Part shown: positions 30,612 through 40,839 of the stretch, piece by piece | How the letters are laid out: each line of letters opens with the position of its first letter | Numbering within the stretch: the first letter of the stretch is position 1 | Assembly (NCBI GenBank): GCA_963675295.2 | Contig: CAXXKJ010000002.1 | Coordinates: 384,001-448,000, forward strand | Length of the DNA: 64,000 bases | From: a bacterium | Lineage (GTDB): Bacteria; Electryoneota; Electryoneia; Electryoneales; Electryoneaceae | Direction: 5' to 3' | Program-made: the position numbers and the translations under genes | The notes under the pieces: model-generated | Told to the model about the DNA's origin: nothing | Seen by the model: only the letters and a program-made list of their open reading frames with translations | The model's database searches: none

Positions 30612-32999
30612 TCACTTCATCAACAACATCTTGTGATGCAGTGGAGCGCCCCCTTCACGCGCCACCTGCAGCACGTAGATCCCGCTCGCCCAGGAACTGG
30701 CATCGATAGTAAACTGGTGCCGGCCGGACATGTACCGCCCGTCGGCGAGGGTCGCGACCCGTTTGCCGAGCACGTTGTACACGTGCACCCGCAACGTCGT
30801 CGCCTGCTCGAGGTTCACCGTCACCACCGTGATCCCGTTGAACGGATTTGGCTGTGACGTCACCGCAAGGCCGTCCTCCCGTGACGCGCGCACATCAACT
30901 CCGTCCGCCGTCACCGGCCAACCGTGGAATGTCCACTCGTCCAGCCCGGCGAGCGTCGCTGCTCCGGCCAGTTTCTCGAACGTGAACGACCCCATCGCGG
31001 TGTATTCACCAAGCAGATCTTCCACATGCGCGCGATACGTGTACGTGCCCGCCGGAGCCGATCCCGGCACATTCTGGCTCAAATTGTCCGCCTGGAACAC
31101 CTGCCCCGGTTCAAGGTGCAGCACCGGTGCCTGCACCAGCGGTCCGTACGGGTTGCCATTAGGCAGCAGCGCATCGGTCCACGCATCCAGATCGAGCGCG
31201 TCGTCTGTCTGGTTTTCGATGGTCACATCAAACGAGATCGGCCCGCCATTCGCCGGCACGATAATCGGATCGTTATGCGGGAACAGGGTGACCACCAGCT
31301 CGCCGGGCTCGGTCAACGATTCCAGCGTGTCCGTCACCGCCTGCATCGTAACCGGTGCCGACATGCCATGATCCAGCCAGTACTGGTACAGATTGTCGCC
31401 GTCGTCCGTGGTCGTGTTTTCGTCCCGCAGGAACTCGATGTATTCCTTGCTCGTCGTCTGGTACAGCAATTTCGTCTCGACCAGTGCGGTTTCGTCCGGC
31501 AACGTATACGTCGTCACGTCCCAGTATTGCCCGTCCGGATAACTGTAGTCTACCACCGGCGAACCGACCGCTTCCAATCCCGCGTTCGTGAACCCGCGCG
31601 GCGGAATCCGGTTGTCCTTGTAGACCGTGTCGTTCAGCACGAAGTGGAAGCTCGGTCCCGCCGGAATGTTCACCACCGGGCTCAGGCCGGTCGAAATCCC
31701 CGGTTTGATCTCGTAGATCTTCGCGTCATCATCGTGAATCAGGTCGGCGGTCGCGTCGATGTACTCGCCGGAAACGTAAATCTGCTCGCCATACTCATCG
31801 TACGCCCGCACCTGCAGCCACATCCGCCGCCCTTCCGGGAAGCCGGACGGCAGCTTGTGCCCGGTTTCATTGCTCGCGTTGACCTGCAGCTCGTACGAGT
31901 CGTTAACCTCCGTAACCTCTGTCGTCATCGACGCTGCCAGCTGCAGCATCATCGTTGCTCGCTGGACGCCGGCGTTCAACGCGGCCACATTCGCCTCACC
32001 CGGGAACGCATCGTCGATCATCAGCGGCACGAACGTGTTCCCGCCGGTCATGTCGTGCAGCGGCAGGTCGTCACGGATCGGCGCGTCGTTCATGTCCGCG
32101 CCCTGGCCGGTGACATCCCGCATGTGGCAATCCTGGCAGGTTGAGACATATTCGAGGTTGCCGCCAAACTGCGGCGCGTAGACACCGTTCGGCGAGTTGT
32201 AGTCCGACTGCAACCACTCGCTGTACGTGCGTTCGACGGGGAAAAAACCGTACGTGTCAAACTGACCGGCGGGCTGCCCGAACGCGTTCGGCACATAGTC
32301 CCGTCCGCCAGCGTGGTCGAACACAGGGTTGCTGACATCGTGGCACGTGCCGCAGAATACCGCTTCCTTGTGATACGGCGAGTACAGCGTAGAGTGACGC
32401 GCGGTGGTTTCGAAATACGGCCCGCGCTTGATCTCGGCGTCGTCCATCACGTACATCCCGTTCCCGTCCACCGGCGGAATCGCGGTGATCGTCGCCAGAT
32501 ATGCTTGATCCACCGAGTACGTGTTGTCCGTGTACACCGGATCGTCCGGATACGGATTCTCCCCCAGCTCACTCGGCTTGATCATCCGGTGGCAGGTCGC
32601 GCAGTGCAGCCCCTCGCGGTCGTCTGCGTTTAATGCTGATCCGTCCGTTGGCGTCGAACGGCCCTCCAGCCACCCCGACTGGGTGTGGCACCGGATGCAC
32701 AAATCCCCCACCTCCGGTGCGTCCTGGTTGCTGACTGCGAGGCACGCCAGCCACATCGGGTCGCGCGCGGACTGCGACATCATGCTGCCCGCCCAGTTGA
32801 AATACGGCTCCACCGCCTGGTCGTATCCGCCGTGGCAGTTGTCGCACTGGCCGGGCGAACGGAAGGTGCCGGACTCATCCGGCTGCGATCCCGGCAGGAA
32901 AAAATCGTCGATGGTGGTCGGCACCGGGTCCGCCACCGCACCGACGGCAAACGCCAACATGAGAACGGACGCCAGGACAGACGTCAACACATGTTTCAC
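30612..32999 (-). CDS. Secreted pentaheme cytochrome c with C-terminal sorting domain
   Basis: CDNCH, CIRCH, CATCH, CGTCH, CQDCH; GHKLPSG; DNRIPPRGF; PNPFN C-terminal domain. Confidence 0.85.
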   Translation of the reverse strand: MKHVLTSVLASVLMLAFAVGAVADPVPTTIDDFFLPGSQPDESGTFRSPGQCDNCHGGYDQAVEPYFNWAGSMMSQSARDPMWLACLAVSNQDAPEVGDLCIRCHTQSGWLEGRSTPTDGSALNADDREGLHCATCHRMIKPSELGENPYPDDPVYTDNTYSVDQAYLATITAIPPVDGNGMYVMDDAEIKRGPYFETTARHSTLYSPYHKEAVFCGTCHDVSNPVFDHAGGRDYVPNAFGQPAGQFDTYGFFPVERTYSEWLQSDYNSPNGVYAPQFGGNLEYVSTCQDCHMRDVTGQGADMNDAPIRDDLPLHDMTGGNTFVPLMIDDAFPGEANVAALNAGVQRATMMLQLAASMTTEVTEVNDSYELQVNASNETGHKLPSGFPEGRRMWLQVRAYDEYGEQIYVSGEYIDATADLIHDDDAKIYEIKPGISTGLSPVVNIPAGPSFHFVLNDTVYKDNRIPPRGFTNAGLEAVGSPVVDYSYPDGQYWDVTTYTLPDETALVETKLLYQTTSKEYIEFLRDENTTTDDGDNLYQYWLDHGMSAPVTMQAVTDTLESLTEPGELVVTLFPHNDPIIVPANGGPISFDVTIENQTDDALDLDAWTDALLPNGNPYGPLVQAPVLHLEPGQVFQADNLSQNVPGSAPAGTYTYRAHVEDLLGEYTAMGSFTFEKLAGAATLAGLDEWTFHGWPVTADGVDVRASREDGLAVTSQPNPFNGITVVTVNLEQATTLRVHVYNVLGKRVATLADGRYMSGRHQFTIDASSWASGIYVLQVAREGGAPLHHKMLLMK

Positions 33000-33474
33000 C
33001 TGCAACCCCCTGCGCCCAAGGGTGAATCGGTTCAATTGATACCGCCGTCACGTGAACACGGCGGGGACGCATAGCTGTCCAACCGTGATTCATCGTTGGT
33101 AACGGCTTACAACTCTTCGTTGGATGACGGAAACGGAAATTCAAAGGCAGGCTACGTCGGGTGGACACCAGTACGTCATCCGGTGAAACGTACGAAGCTG
33201 GGTGGTTTCACACAACAAAGATGCCGTGTTTTTCAACAGATTTCGCTAAGATTGAGTCTAATCGGCTCTGATCTCCAATGTTTGTGCATACTAAGCGTTA
33301 GGAACGCCTTACACGCTAAACGATCTTTCATCATTGCCAACTCTTATCGCACTGTCACCAATCAATAGCGCACAATGTTGCCAATCTTTGAGTACATATG
33401 TAGGCTGTTTTCATCCGGCCGCTCGATTCTGTATCTTCCGGACCTTAGGCTCGCAGTGTATTTCCCGTGTTGTT

Positions 33475-33980
33475 TGCCCCGACCGCCAAAGAGCTGGTCG
33501 GGATTACCCGCACGATCGTTACCCGAGCCCTGGGCCCTGAGCCCTGAGCCCTGAGCCCCGAGCCCTGAGCCCTGAGCCCTGAGCCCCGAGCCCGAGCCCC
33601 GAGCCCCGAGCCCGATAATCACCGCGTAGCGGTGACGGGTGGATAGCGTGTTACCCGCATGATCGTAACCCGAGCCCTGAGCCCTGAGCCCTGAGCCCTG
33701 AGCCCCGAGCCCTGAGCCCGGTAATCACCGCGTAGCGGTGATGGGTGGTTAGCGTGTGGCTTCAGCCACACGACCGGACGCTCGCCCAATCTCTCCGGCT
33801 GCGTCCTGTAGGGACGCCGCGGCTTGTTGTCCTCCCGAGAGACGAGGGACCAGAGACGAGAGACGAGACGAGAGACCGGGGTTCCGTGCCGAGAGCCGCG
33901 AACGGCGTGGCCCGACATGGTGCCATTCCATATCGGGTATCGTGGTGTTATTGTCCCGCGAGACCAGACACGAGAGCCGA
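33475..33980. repeat. Composite of (GAGCCCY)n and (GAGACGA)n heptamer arrays and palindromes
   Basis: Arrays at about 33523-33614, 33670-33720 and 33837-33877; TCACCGCGTAGCGGTGA twice. Confidence 0.9.
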
Positions 33981-34019
33981 GTCCCGGTCCTATCTCCGGA
34001 GAAGGTCTCGCGGAATCCG

Positions 34020-34048
34020 TTGACTCTTCGCGGGGCACGGTCTATCTT
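34020..34048 (+). promoter_or_regulatory. Sigma70-type promoter of rplU-rpmA
   Basis: TTGACT-17 nt-TATCTT. Confidence 0.6.
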
Positions 34049-34088
34049 TGCGTTTCTGGAAAAAAACACAACCGGGAGCGGTTATCCC

Positions 34089-34409
34089 ATGAACTACGCG
34101 ATTGCAGAAATCGCGGGACGTCAATTCCGCATTGAAGAAGGGGCAGAGCTCGATGTCCCGCGTCTGTCGGCGGAAGCTGGCGAATCGGTTACGCTGGACA
34201 AGCTGTTGCTGACCAATTGGGACGGCAAGGTTGTTGTCGGCGGTCCGTATGTCGACGGCGCCTCTGTGACGGCGGAAGTTGTCGATCATCCCCGCGGCAA
34301 AAAGGTGTGGGTGTTCAAGAAGAAGCGTCGCAAGGGCTTCAAGAAGGGCGGCTCGGCGCGTGAAGTGTTTACCCGCATATCCATCAAGCAGGTGAAGGTT
34401 CCGGCGTAA
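34089..34409 (+). CDS. rplU: 50S ribosomal protein L21
   Basis: [30 protein letters not shown]. Confidence 0.95.
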   Translation: MNYAIAEIAGRQFRIEEGAELDVPRLSAEAGESVTLDKLLLTNWDGKVVVGGPYVDGASVTAEVVDHPRGKKVWVFKKKRRKGFKKGGSAREVFTRISIKQVKVPA

Positions 34410-34435
34410 GCACGGACTGAAAGCGGAGGCCGGAA

Positions 34436-34696
34436 ATGGCACATAAAAAAGGTATGGGTTCGTCGCGGAACGGTCGTGACAGCAACCCGCAGATGCTTGG
34501 TATCAAGCGCTATGGTGGCGAAGCGGTAACGGCCGGTTCGATCATCGTGCGCCAGCGTGGCACGAAGTTCCACCCGGGCAAGAATGTCGGCCTGGGCAAG
34601 GACGATACGTTGTTTGCGAAGGTGGATGGCGTCGTCGAATTCTCGACCGCCGGCCGTCGCCCGAGAACCGTCCACATTCAGCCCGCCGAGGACTGA
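34436..34696 (+). CDS. rpmA: 50S ribosomal protein L27
   Basis: [29 protein letters not shown]. Confidence 0.98.
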   Translation: MAHKKGMGSSRNGRDSNPQMLGIKRYGGEAVTAGSIIVRQRGTKFHPGKNVGLGKDDTLFAKVDGVVEFSTAGRRPRTVHIQPAED

Positions 34697-34807
34697 GGGG
34701 ACGAGTGAGCACGTGCCCGTGTTTGCTTGCAAACGCGGACGCTCAGACGGTTGCATGTACTTGTGAGTGATTTTCCAACGACTCATCATTCGTGATGAGT
34801 CGTTTTT

Positions 34808-35140
34808 GTATGCCCCGACCACAAAAGAGCTGGTCGGGATTAGTCGCAGCCTATCCAACCCGGCTTGTTCGTTCAGGCCGGGTTTTCTGTGTCTGGTTCA
34901 ATGCCCGTGTTGCAAAAGATGCAAACGCGGACGATCAGAGGCCGAATAGACGGTTGTTTCAGGGTGTCATCCTGAACGCAGTGAAGGATCTCGTCGTTAT
35001 CTCAAGCCGCATCGATTTTCGTTGCGGCTTTTTCTGTGTCTGTTCTTTCTTTTCCTGTCTTTTACTATCTGTTCCTATCAGTTCCTGTCTTTTACTTTCA
35101 GTTCCTATCTGTTACTTCTTTTGCGTCTTTTGCTTCTTTT
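34808..35140. repeat. REP-like hairpins and pyrimidine-rich short repeats
   Basis: TGCCCCGACC..GGTCGGG; GTCATCCTGAACGCAGTGAAGGATCT; TTCCTGTCTTTTACT twice. Confidence 0.7.
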
Positions 35141-37485
35141 CACCCCCCACAATGCTTGCGCAACCTTATAACCACCCACCTATGCCACCGCCCGGGCAAT
35201 GAATCCGGCCATTTCTCCGCATACGGCCGAAGCAACCCTTTCGCCTCCGTCCATGACCGGCAGGCGTCATCAGCCTGCGCTAATCCATGCAAAACGAGTC
35301 CTCGCTGAAATAGACTTGCCCCCAGATCAGCATTGAAGCGCACCGGATTTTCATCGGCGAGCGCACGCCGAATCCGAATCGCCTCTTCGATTGCTTCCAG
35401 TGCTTCGTCATACCGCCCGAGGTTGGAAAACCGGATCGACAGGTTGTTCAGGCTTTGGGCGAGATCCGGCCGGTGGCGCGCCGGATTCTCCTCTGCCAGC
35501 GCACGGTACATATTCAACGCTTCTTCAATCGCTTCCAGTGCTTCTTCATGCCGTCCGAGGTTGGAAAACCGGATCGACAGGTTGTTCAGGCTGTCGCTGA
35601 GATCCGGCCGGTATCTTGCTGGATTCTCCTCCGCCAGCGCGCGACGGATTTCAACCGCTTCTTCATTCGCCTTCAGTGCTTCGTCATGCCGTCCGAGGTT
35701 GGAATACATGACCGACAGGTTGTTCAGGCTGTTGCTGAGGTCCGACCGGTATCGCGCCGGATTCTCCTCTGCCAGCGCGCGACGGATTTCAACCGCTTCG
35801 TCGATTGCTTCCAACGCTTCGTCATGCCGCCCCAGGTTGGAATACTTGACCGACAGGTTGTTCAGGCCTAGGGCAAGATCCGGCCGGTATCGCGCCGGAT
35901 TCTCCTTCGCCAGCCCACGCATCATCTTCAACGCTTCTTCGCTCGCCTCAAGCGCTTCAACAGGTTTTCCGCGATATTCCTCAAAGATCGACAAATCGTT
36001 GTTCAAATCTGATCGTTTATATAAATCCTCGGTATGCAAGAGAAGCTCTCGACAGGCATTACATGCCAGTGGAAGAAATACTTGAGGAAGGCGTTCCTCT
36101 CGAAGCAGTGGATGCACAACTCGACACCGTTCTGCTTCCCCATCCACCATCCGTTCCAGCGCATCCCGCAACGGCGCCGTATCCCGCCCCAACACAAAGT
36201 GCATGTCATCGGCGAGTCGCTCAATCCGGCTGAACGCATTCGCCGGGTCAGGTTCAATCGCCGCCCACAGGCGTTCGGGATTGGCGACCGAGTCGTCCTT
36301 GTCCGGAGCGAACAACACCACGTGCAGCAACGCCGCCGCCACGATATCCGGTTCCGGCGGCTTCACGACCAGCGGCGCGGCATCAGGCGTGGCTGTCCCC
36401 GCGTCTTCGCCTTCCACCACCCAGCGGCCGGCGAGATGCACTTCTTTCAGCTGTTCCGCGATCATCTCAGCGTCACCCAGACCGAGTTTCAGATCCGGGT
36501 TCGCCGCCCACGCCTTCACCGTCCTCAGCGGCACCGGCCCGTGCATCGCGGCCATCGCGACCAGACGCGCCAGCCCGTCGGGATGCGTGCCCGGCAGCTC
36601 GCCGAACCCCGCCGCTTTTGCCGCTTCACGCAGGCGTTGAATCTCCCGGTCCGCCAGCGAGGTCACAATCTCACGACCCGCGTATTTGATCTCAGCGTCG
36701 CCCGGCGTGGTCGCTTCGTACACCGACGCCGCGAGCACAAACAGCGCGCGTTCGTTTTCCGGTGCTAGCTTGACCCACTCGTCCAGCGCCTCGACCGATA
36801 TCGCGTCACCGCCCAGGCCGAACTGCTCCTGCAGCCTTTCCAGCGCGGAGGTGTACAGCTCATGCGCCGCCTCGCCGCGCAACGGTTTCAGCCGCAATGG
36901 CTGCATGTCCACCTTCGTGCGCACATGGGCTTCGTTCAGCATGTCGGTCCATTCGTCCGGATCGGACCGGCTCAGCAGCAGCACCCGGACCCGGGTGTCC
37001 GTGCCCAACTCCGACAGGTTTTTCAGCAGCTCGCGCGTTTCCTTCGGGTGTTGTTCCGGGTAGTCAACCAGCAGCAGCAGGCCGTGCTTCGAGACGTAGA
37101 AACTGACCGGTTCATTCAGCCGGACAAACCCCGCCGACCATTTCTCGCCGATCATCTGCTGCGCGAATTCCGCCGCCAGCCGTGTTTTCCCCATTCCGCC
37201 CGGCGCGACAACGAATTTCGCCGACACCGTCTGCGACCCGGTCGCCCAGTCCCGCAACGCCGCCATTTCTTCGTCCCGTCCGACGAACCTGGAAACACGT
37301 GTACTCCACCGCATCACGGAGAACAGGTCGAAGGTGGGCTGCAGGTCGTCCCACGGAATGCTTAGCTTGATCGGTTGTTCGGGCGGGTTGCCACGTCCGC
37401 CCAGACTGAGGTTGCCGATGAAGTTGAATTCCGGTCCGGGAACGGACCCTGGTGTGGATGCGCTGAATTTGATAAGGTTGAACAT
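35140..37485 (-). CDS. STAND-like P-loop NTPase with C-terminal TPR repeats
   Basis: FVGRDEE, APGGMGKTRLA (Walker A), LLLVDYPE (Walker B), VLLLSR; 46-aa TPR repeats. Confidence 0.85.
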   Translation of the reverse strand: MFNLIKFSASTPGSVPGPEFNFIGNLSLGGRGNPPEQPIKLSIPWDDLQPTFDLFSVMRWSTRVSRFVGRDEEMAALRDWATGSQTVSAKFVVAPGGMGKTRLAAEFAQQMIGEKWSAGFVRLNEPVSFYVSKHGLLLLVDYPEQHPKETRELLKNLSELGTDTRVRVLLLSRSDPDEWTDMLNEAHVRTKVDMQPLRLKPLRGEAAHELYTSALERLQEQFGLGGDAISVEALDEWVKLAPENERALFVLAASVYEATTPGDAEIKYAGREIVTSLADREIQRLREAAKAAGFGELPGTHPDGLARLVAMAAMHGPVPLRTVKAWAANPDLKLGLGDAEMIAEQLKEVHLAGRWVVEGEDAGTATPDAAPLVVKPPEPDIVAAALLHVVLFAPDKDDSVANPERLWAAIEPDPANAFSRIERLADDMHFVLGRDTAPLRDALERMVDGEAERCRVVHPLLREERLPQVFLPLACNACRELLLHTEDLYKRSDLNNDLSIFEEYRGKPVEALEASEEALKMMRGLAKENPARYRPDLALGLNNLSVKYSNLGRHDEALEAIDEAVEIRRALAEENPARYRSDLSNSLNNLSVMYSNLGRHDEALKANEEAVEIRRALAEENPARYRPDLSDSLNNLSIRFSNLGRHEEALEAIEEALNMYRALAEENPARHRPDLAQSLNNLSIRFSNLGRYDEALEAIEEAIRIRRALADENPVRFNADLGASLFQRGLVLHGLAQADDACRSWTEAKGLLRPYAEKWPDSLPGRWHRWVVIRLRKHCGG
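35345..35960 (-). repeat. 138-bp coding tandem repeats (TPR)
   Basis: GACAGGTTGTTCAGG at 35438, 35576, 35714 and 35852. Confidence 0.9.
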
Positions 37486-37677
37486 CGTCGTCGTTCCCCC
37501 GGGGTCAACGAGTACACGCGAACAATCAATGTACAGAAATACAGTCGTGCGTGCGGAGCGCTCGACCGGATTGCTTGCAGTCCTGTTGGTTTATACTAGT
37601 CAAACCTGCTCGTGCCGATTCAAGTGATGCTCACGACAGATTGCACTCACCGGCCAGCCGACCCTCGATTGTATTCG

Positions 37678-37727
37678 TTCATCCCTCATCCCTCATCCCT
37701 CACACCTCACACCTCACACCTCATCCC
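37678..37727. repeat. 7-bp tandem repeat (CTCATCC/CTCACAC)
   Basis: Direct reading. Confidence 0.8.
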
Positions 37728-37840
37728 TGTTGTTGAAAGACCTCTGTCTCTCTGGCGTTTGCTTGGTACGTTCCCGACATTATCCGGTTGAAGATTGAAC
37801 CAGGTTTCACAAGAACTTTGGATCAGACACGGAGGGAGCG

Positions 37841-38776
37841 ATGGTACGCAAGATCACCGTGATCGGTGGTGGGTATGTCGGCGAGCATGTGGCGCAAGGC
37901 TTGATGCTGCAGGAATTGGCGCAGGAAGTGGTGTTGATCGACGTGATCGAGGACATGCCGCAGGGCAAGGGTCTCGACCAGCGTCAGAGCGCGCCGGTAT
38001 GGGGCAAGGACACGAAGGTAACCGGCACGAATGACTGGGCCGACACCAAGGGCTCGGACATTGTGATCCACACCGCCGGCCGTCCGCGCAAGCCGGGGAT
38101 GAGCCGTGACGATCTGCTCGAGGCGAATGTCGCGATCGTTCGTCCGTGCATGGAACAGGTGAAAGCGCAGAGCCCGGACGCGACCGTGATCATGGTTGCG
38201 AACCCGTTGGACGCGATGACCTACGTCGCGAAGCAGACGTTGGGCTTCCCGAAGAACCGCATCTTCGGTATGGCGGGTATTCTCGACACCGCGCGTTTCC
38301 GTGCGTTCATCGCGATGGAAACCGGCGTCAGCGTGCGCGACATCCAGGCGATGGTTCTCGGTGGGCACGGCGACACGATGGTTCCGCTGCCGCGTTTCAC
38401 CACGATTGCCGGCCTGCCGCTGGAAAACTGGGTCAGCAAGGACAAGATCGACGCCATGGTCGAACGTGCGGCCAAGGGCGGCGGTGAAATCGTCAAGCTG
38501 CTGAAGTTCGGTTCGGCCTACTATGCTCCGTCCGCGGGCGCGGTCGAAATGGCGGAAGCGATCGTCAAGAACAGCCGTCGCGTGCTGCCGTGCTGCGCGT
38601 TCCTCGAAGGGGAATACAAGCACGAAGGCATCTACATGGGCGTGCCGGTGATCGTTGGCGAGAATGGCGTCGAAAAGATCATCGAGTATCCGTTCAACGA
38701 CGAGGAACAGGCGATGTTCGACAAGTCCGTCGAAGCCACCAAGGGCCTGCTCGAAGATGTGAAGAAGTTCCTCTGA
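37841..38776 (+). CDS. mdh: Malate dehydrogenase (LDH-like)
   Basis: IGGGYVG, RKPGMSRDDL, ANPLDAM, LDTARF, GGHGD, SAYYAP. Confidence 0.96.
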   Translation: MVRKITVIGGGYVGEHVAQGLMLQELAQEVVLIDVIEDMPQGKGLDQRQSAPVWGKDTKVTGTNDWADTKGSDIVIHTAGRPRKPGMSRDDLLEANVAIVRPCMEQVKAQSPDATVIMVANPLDAMTYVAKQTLGFPKNRIFGMAGILDTARFRAFIAMETGVSVRDIQAMVLGGHGDTMVPLPRFTTIAGLPLENWVSKDKIDAMVERAAKGGGEIVKLLKFGSAYYAPSAGAVEMAEAIVKNSRRVLPCCAFLEGEYKHEGIYMGVPVIVGENGVEKIIEYPFNDEEQAMFDKSVEATKGLLEDVKKFL

Positions 38777-39835
38777 GGAACAGCAGCTGTGAGCTCTGAG
38801 CTTTGAGCTGTGAGCAACAGACTTATCCAGGGACACGTTGGCGACAATGTGTCCCTGTTTCTTTGCCTGGTTTGCGTTACGGAGTGGTTTTTTTGCGGGG
38901 CTGACGGAGTCTTTCAACTCTGGTCTTCCGTCTCTTGGAACTGCAGCAATGAGTTTCCTTGCTTCGCTCAGGATGATGTCTGAAGAATCGATTGACGGGC
39001 AGTGTTCTGGTAGCGAAACACGAGCAGATCCAGGTTTCGAACACGGGTTCAATGCCGCTGGTTGTTCTCTGTTTGCGAGTGCGTCGAGTCCGCGTCCGCA
39101 AGCGGACACGGGCACATCATTCGGACGGAGATAGCGGACAAAGCCAGCGTGCGCGGAGGAATAGCCGTGTTTGCGGCGGGAGATCAGTTCGGGGTAGACT
39201 AGGCGAGGCGGTTCGGGACGTGGGCCGCGCAACCCCCTGTTCCAGCCTCCGCCGGGTCCGCCGGGCCCATGGCCGGGTTTGTAGTGCCGGCGGGGCTTGC
39301 GTGGCGGACGCTTGAGACGGCCATATGGGTCAAGCAGCTCGCGTGGGACGGGCTGGCCGGTATCGTCGTACAGGATCGGGCAGGGCCGCAGCGGCTGGAT
39401 GTTTTCCTTGACCTTATAGGTGCCTCGTCGAACACCGGTGGGCAGGCCGGGACGGTCCTCGGAGGGGCCTCGGGGTGGTTTGGTCGAACGGGTCCGGTGA
39501 AAGCTGCGGTTGGGATCAAAGATAGATCCTGCTTCGGGCTCGGGACGCTGGGTTCGGTGGGATTGCGGACGGCGGGTTACAGGAAGTCTTTCCGGGCTTT
39601 CCAACGCTAGCGATTGAGGTTCAGGCGGATGATCCGCAGTAGCACGTTTTACCTCGCAGGCATCATCGGGTGTCTGGACAGAGGTCATGCGTTCCGAGAT
39701 ACAAAGGATGTGCCGGATAAGGCGCAACAGAGTGGGCAGCAGGTGTGGGGTGCGGGCGATGAAACGCATGGCAGTAAAGATGTGGGTGAAATGCCGGGGT
39801 GTAACTGAGGGCAGGTCTTGGATCCGGTCGGACAC
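38777..39835 (-). CDS. Hypothetical basic Pro-rich protein, paralog A; the frame stays open antisense to mdh until 37823
   Basis: 39131-39394 encodes a domain about 66% identical (manual count) to 42121-42387, with many synonymous differences. Confidence 0.7.
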
Positions 39836-39846
39836 CGGATACGAGG

Positions 39847-39875
39847 AATGTAACTGAACAGATGTTTGATGTCAA
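39847..39875 (-). promoter_or_regulatory. Sigma70 promoter with LexA-like box in the spacer
   Basis: TTGACA-17 nt-TACATT on minus; GAAC-AGAT-GTTT at 39856-39867. Confidence 0.7.
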
Positions 39876-39911
39876 GCCTCAATTGACTGGCGTTGAAAGC
39901 CCTGACAATCT

Positions 39912-39964
39912 AGTCCGTCAACGAGACTAAGGGTCTGCTCGAAGAGGTGAAGAAGTTTTTGTAA
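39912..39964 (+). pseudogene. Diverged duplicate of the mdh 3' end
   Basis: Encodes SVNETKGLLEEVKKFL* versus SVEATKGLLEDVKKFL*; 42/53 nt identical to 38724-38776. Confidence 0.85.
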
Positions 39965-39987
39965 AGCTAAGCAATAGTTCGTACTTT

Positions 39988-40015
39988 AGGCCTGACTTGC
40001 GTCAGGCCTTTTTTG
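39988..40015 (+). terminator. Intrinsic terminator
   Basis: AGGCCTGAC-TTGC-GTCAGGCCT followed by T-tract. Confidence 0.85.
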
Positions 40016-40049
40016 ATGCTTTCAAAGCACTCTGGTCATGGGGGAGGGG

Positions 40050-40778
40050 ATGATGAGAAAGCTTTTACTCTTGATTGTATTCCTGATGTTAATACCAGGA
40101 TGTGTTTATATTGTCAGATTCCACCCAATTATAGAACCTGATAAAGCTAAAGAGATGTTATATGTAGATGGCAATGAAGTTATTTTTTCTGAAAAGGACA
40201 GCACTTCAATAGCATTATATTTGCATAAGAAAGATGAGTATGAGTTAATTTGTCACATATTATATTTCAACAAAACTGATAGTTTGTTAAATGTATTCCC
40301 AGATCACGCAAGAGTCTTCTATTACTATGATAATAGGAAAAAGATGGATTCATTATATGTATATCCAAGCGATATATATATGAAAAAAATCAGAACTATG
40401 CAGCAAATAAATAATTTTGCATTAGCGTTGAGTGCTACAGCAGCATCCTATAGTTCAAATACTACAACAACAACTACAGGGGTCATTGGTGGAGATGTGG
40501 TAAATGTTACATCAACAAGTAGTAATCCTCAAACATTTACACAATCAATGTTACAGGTCGGAAATACAATAAGATATAATAATCAAATATATGCAGCAGC
40601 AAATCTTGCAACCGAGTTAGGATTGGTAAAAAGACACACATTATGGCCAAATACATATGTAGAAGGAAATATAATCATAAAATATAAATCATCAGATAGA
40701 TACAGAGTTGAAATACCATTTGGCGATGATGTTCATATTGTTGAATTTAATGCTGAACAAGTTAGCGTCCCAGATTAG
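40050..40778 (+). CDS. Hypothetical lipoprotein in low-GC islet
   Basis: LIPGC lipobox; strongly AT-rich ORF. Confidence 0.75.
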   Translation: MMRKLLLLIVFLMLIPGCVYIVRFHPIIEPDKAKEMLYVDGNEVIFSEKDSTSIALYLHKKDEYELICHILYFNKTDSLLNVFPDHARVFYYYDNRKKMDSLYVYPSDIYMKKIRTMQQINNFALALSATAASYSSNTTTTTTGVIGGDVVNVTSTSSNPQTFTQSMLQVGNTIRYNNQIYAAANLATELGLVKRHTLWPNTYVEGNIIIKYKSSDRYRVEIPFGDDVHIVEFNAEQVSVPD

Positions 40779-40839
40779 ATAAAGGGAAACAGACGGCCGG
40801 GTGGCCCGACTTGCTTGCCAAGTCGGGTGTCATGGTTTT

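Noticed and set aside
33362-33622. ORFs with GSGLRAQ or ARSPKPE repeats (also at 60985)
   Set aside because: They are translations of heptamer arrays with no coding signals
33523-33720. Possible CRISPR array
   Set aside because: These are heptamer tandem repeats with no unique spacers, and no cas genes are present
35345-35960. Diversity-generating retroelement target
   Set aside because: No reverse transcriptase or template repeat in the window, and the differences are not adenine-specific
37588-37606. GGTTTATACTAGTCAAACC near-palindrome as an operator
   Set aside because: Single instance with no cognate regulator in view
37823-38776. Functional protein antisense to mdh
   Set aside because: Open antisense frames are common in high-GC genes; homology support covers only 39131-39394
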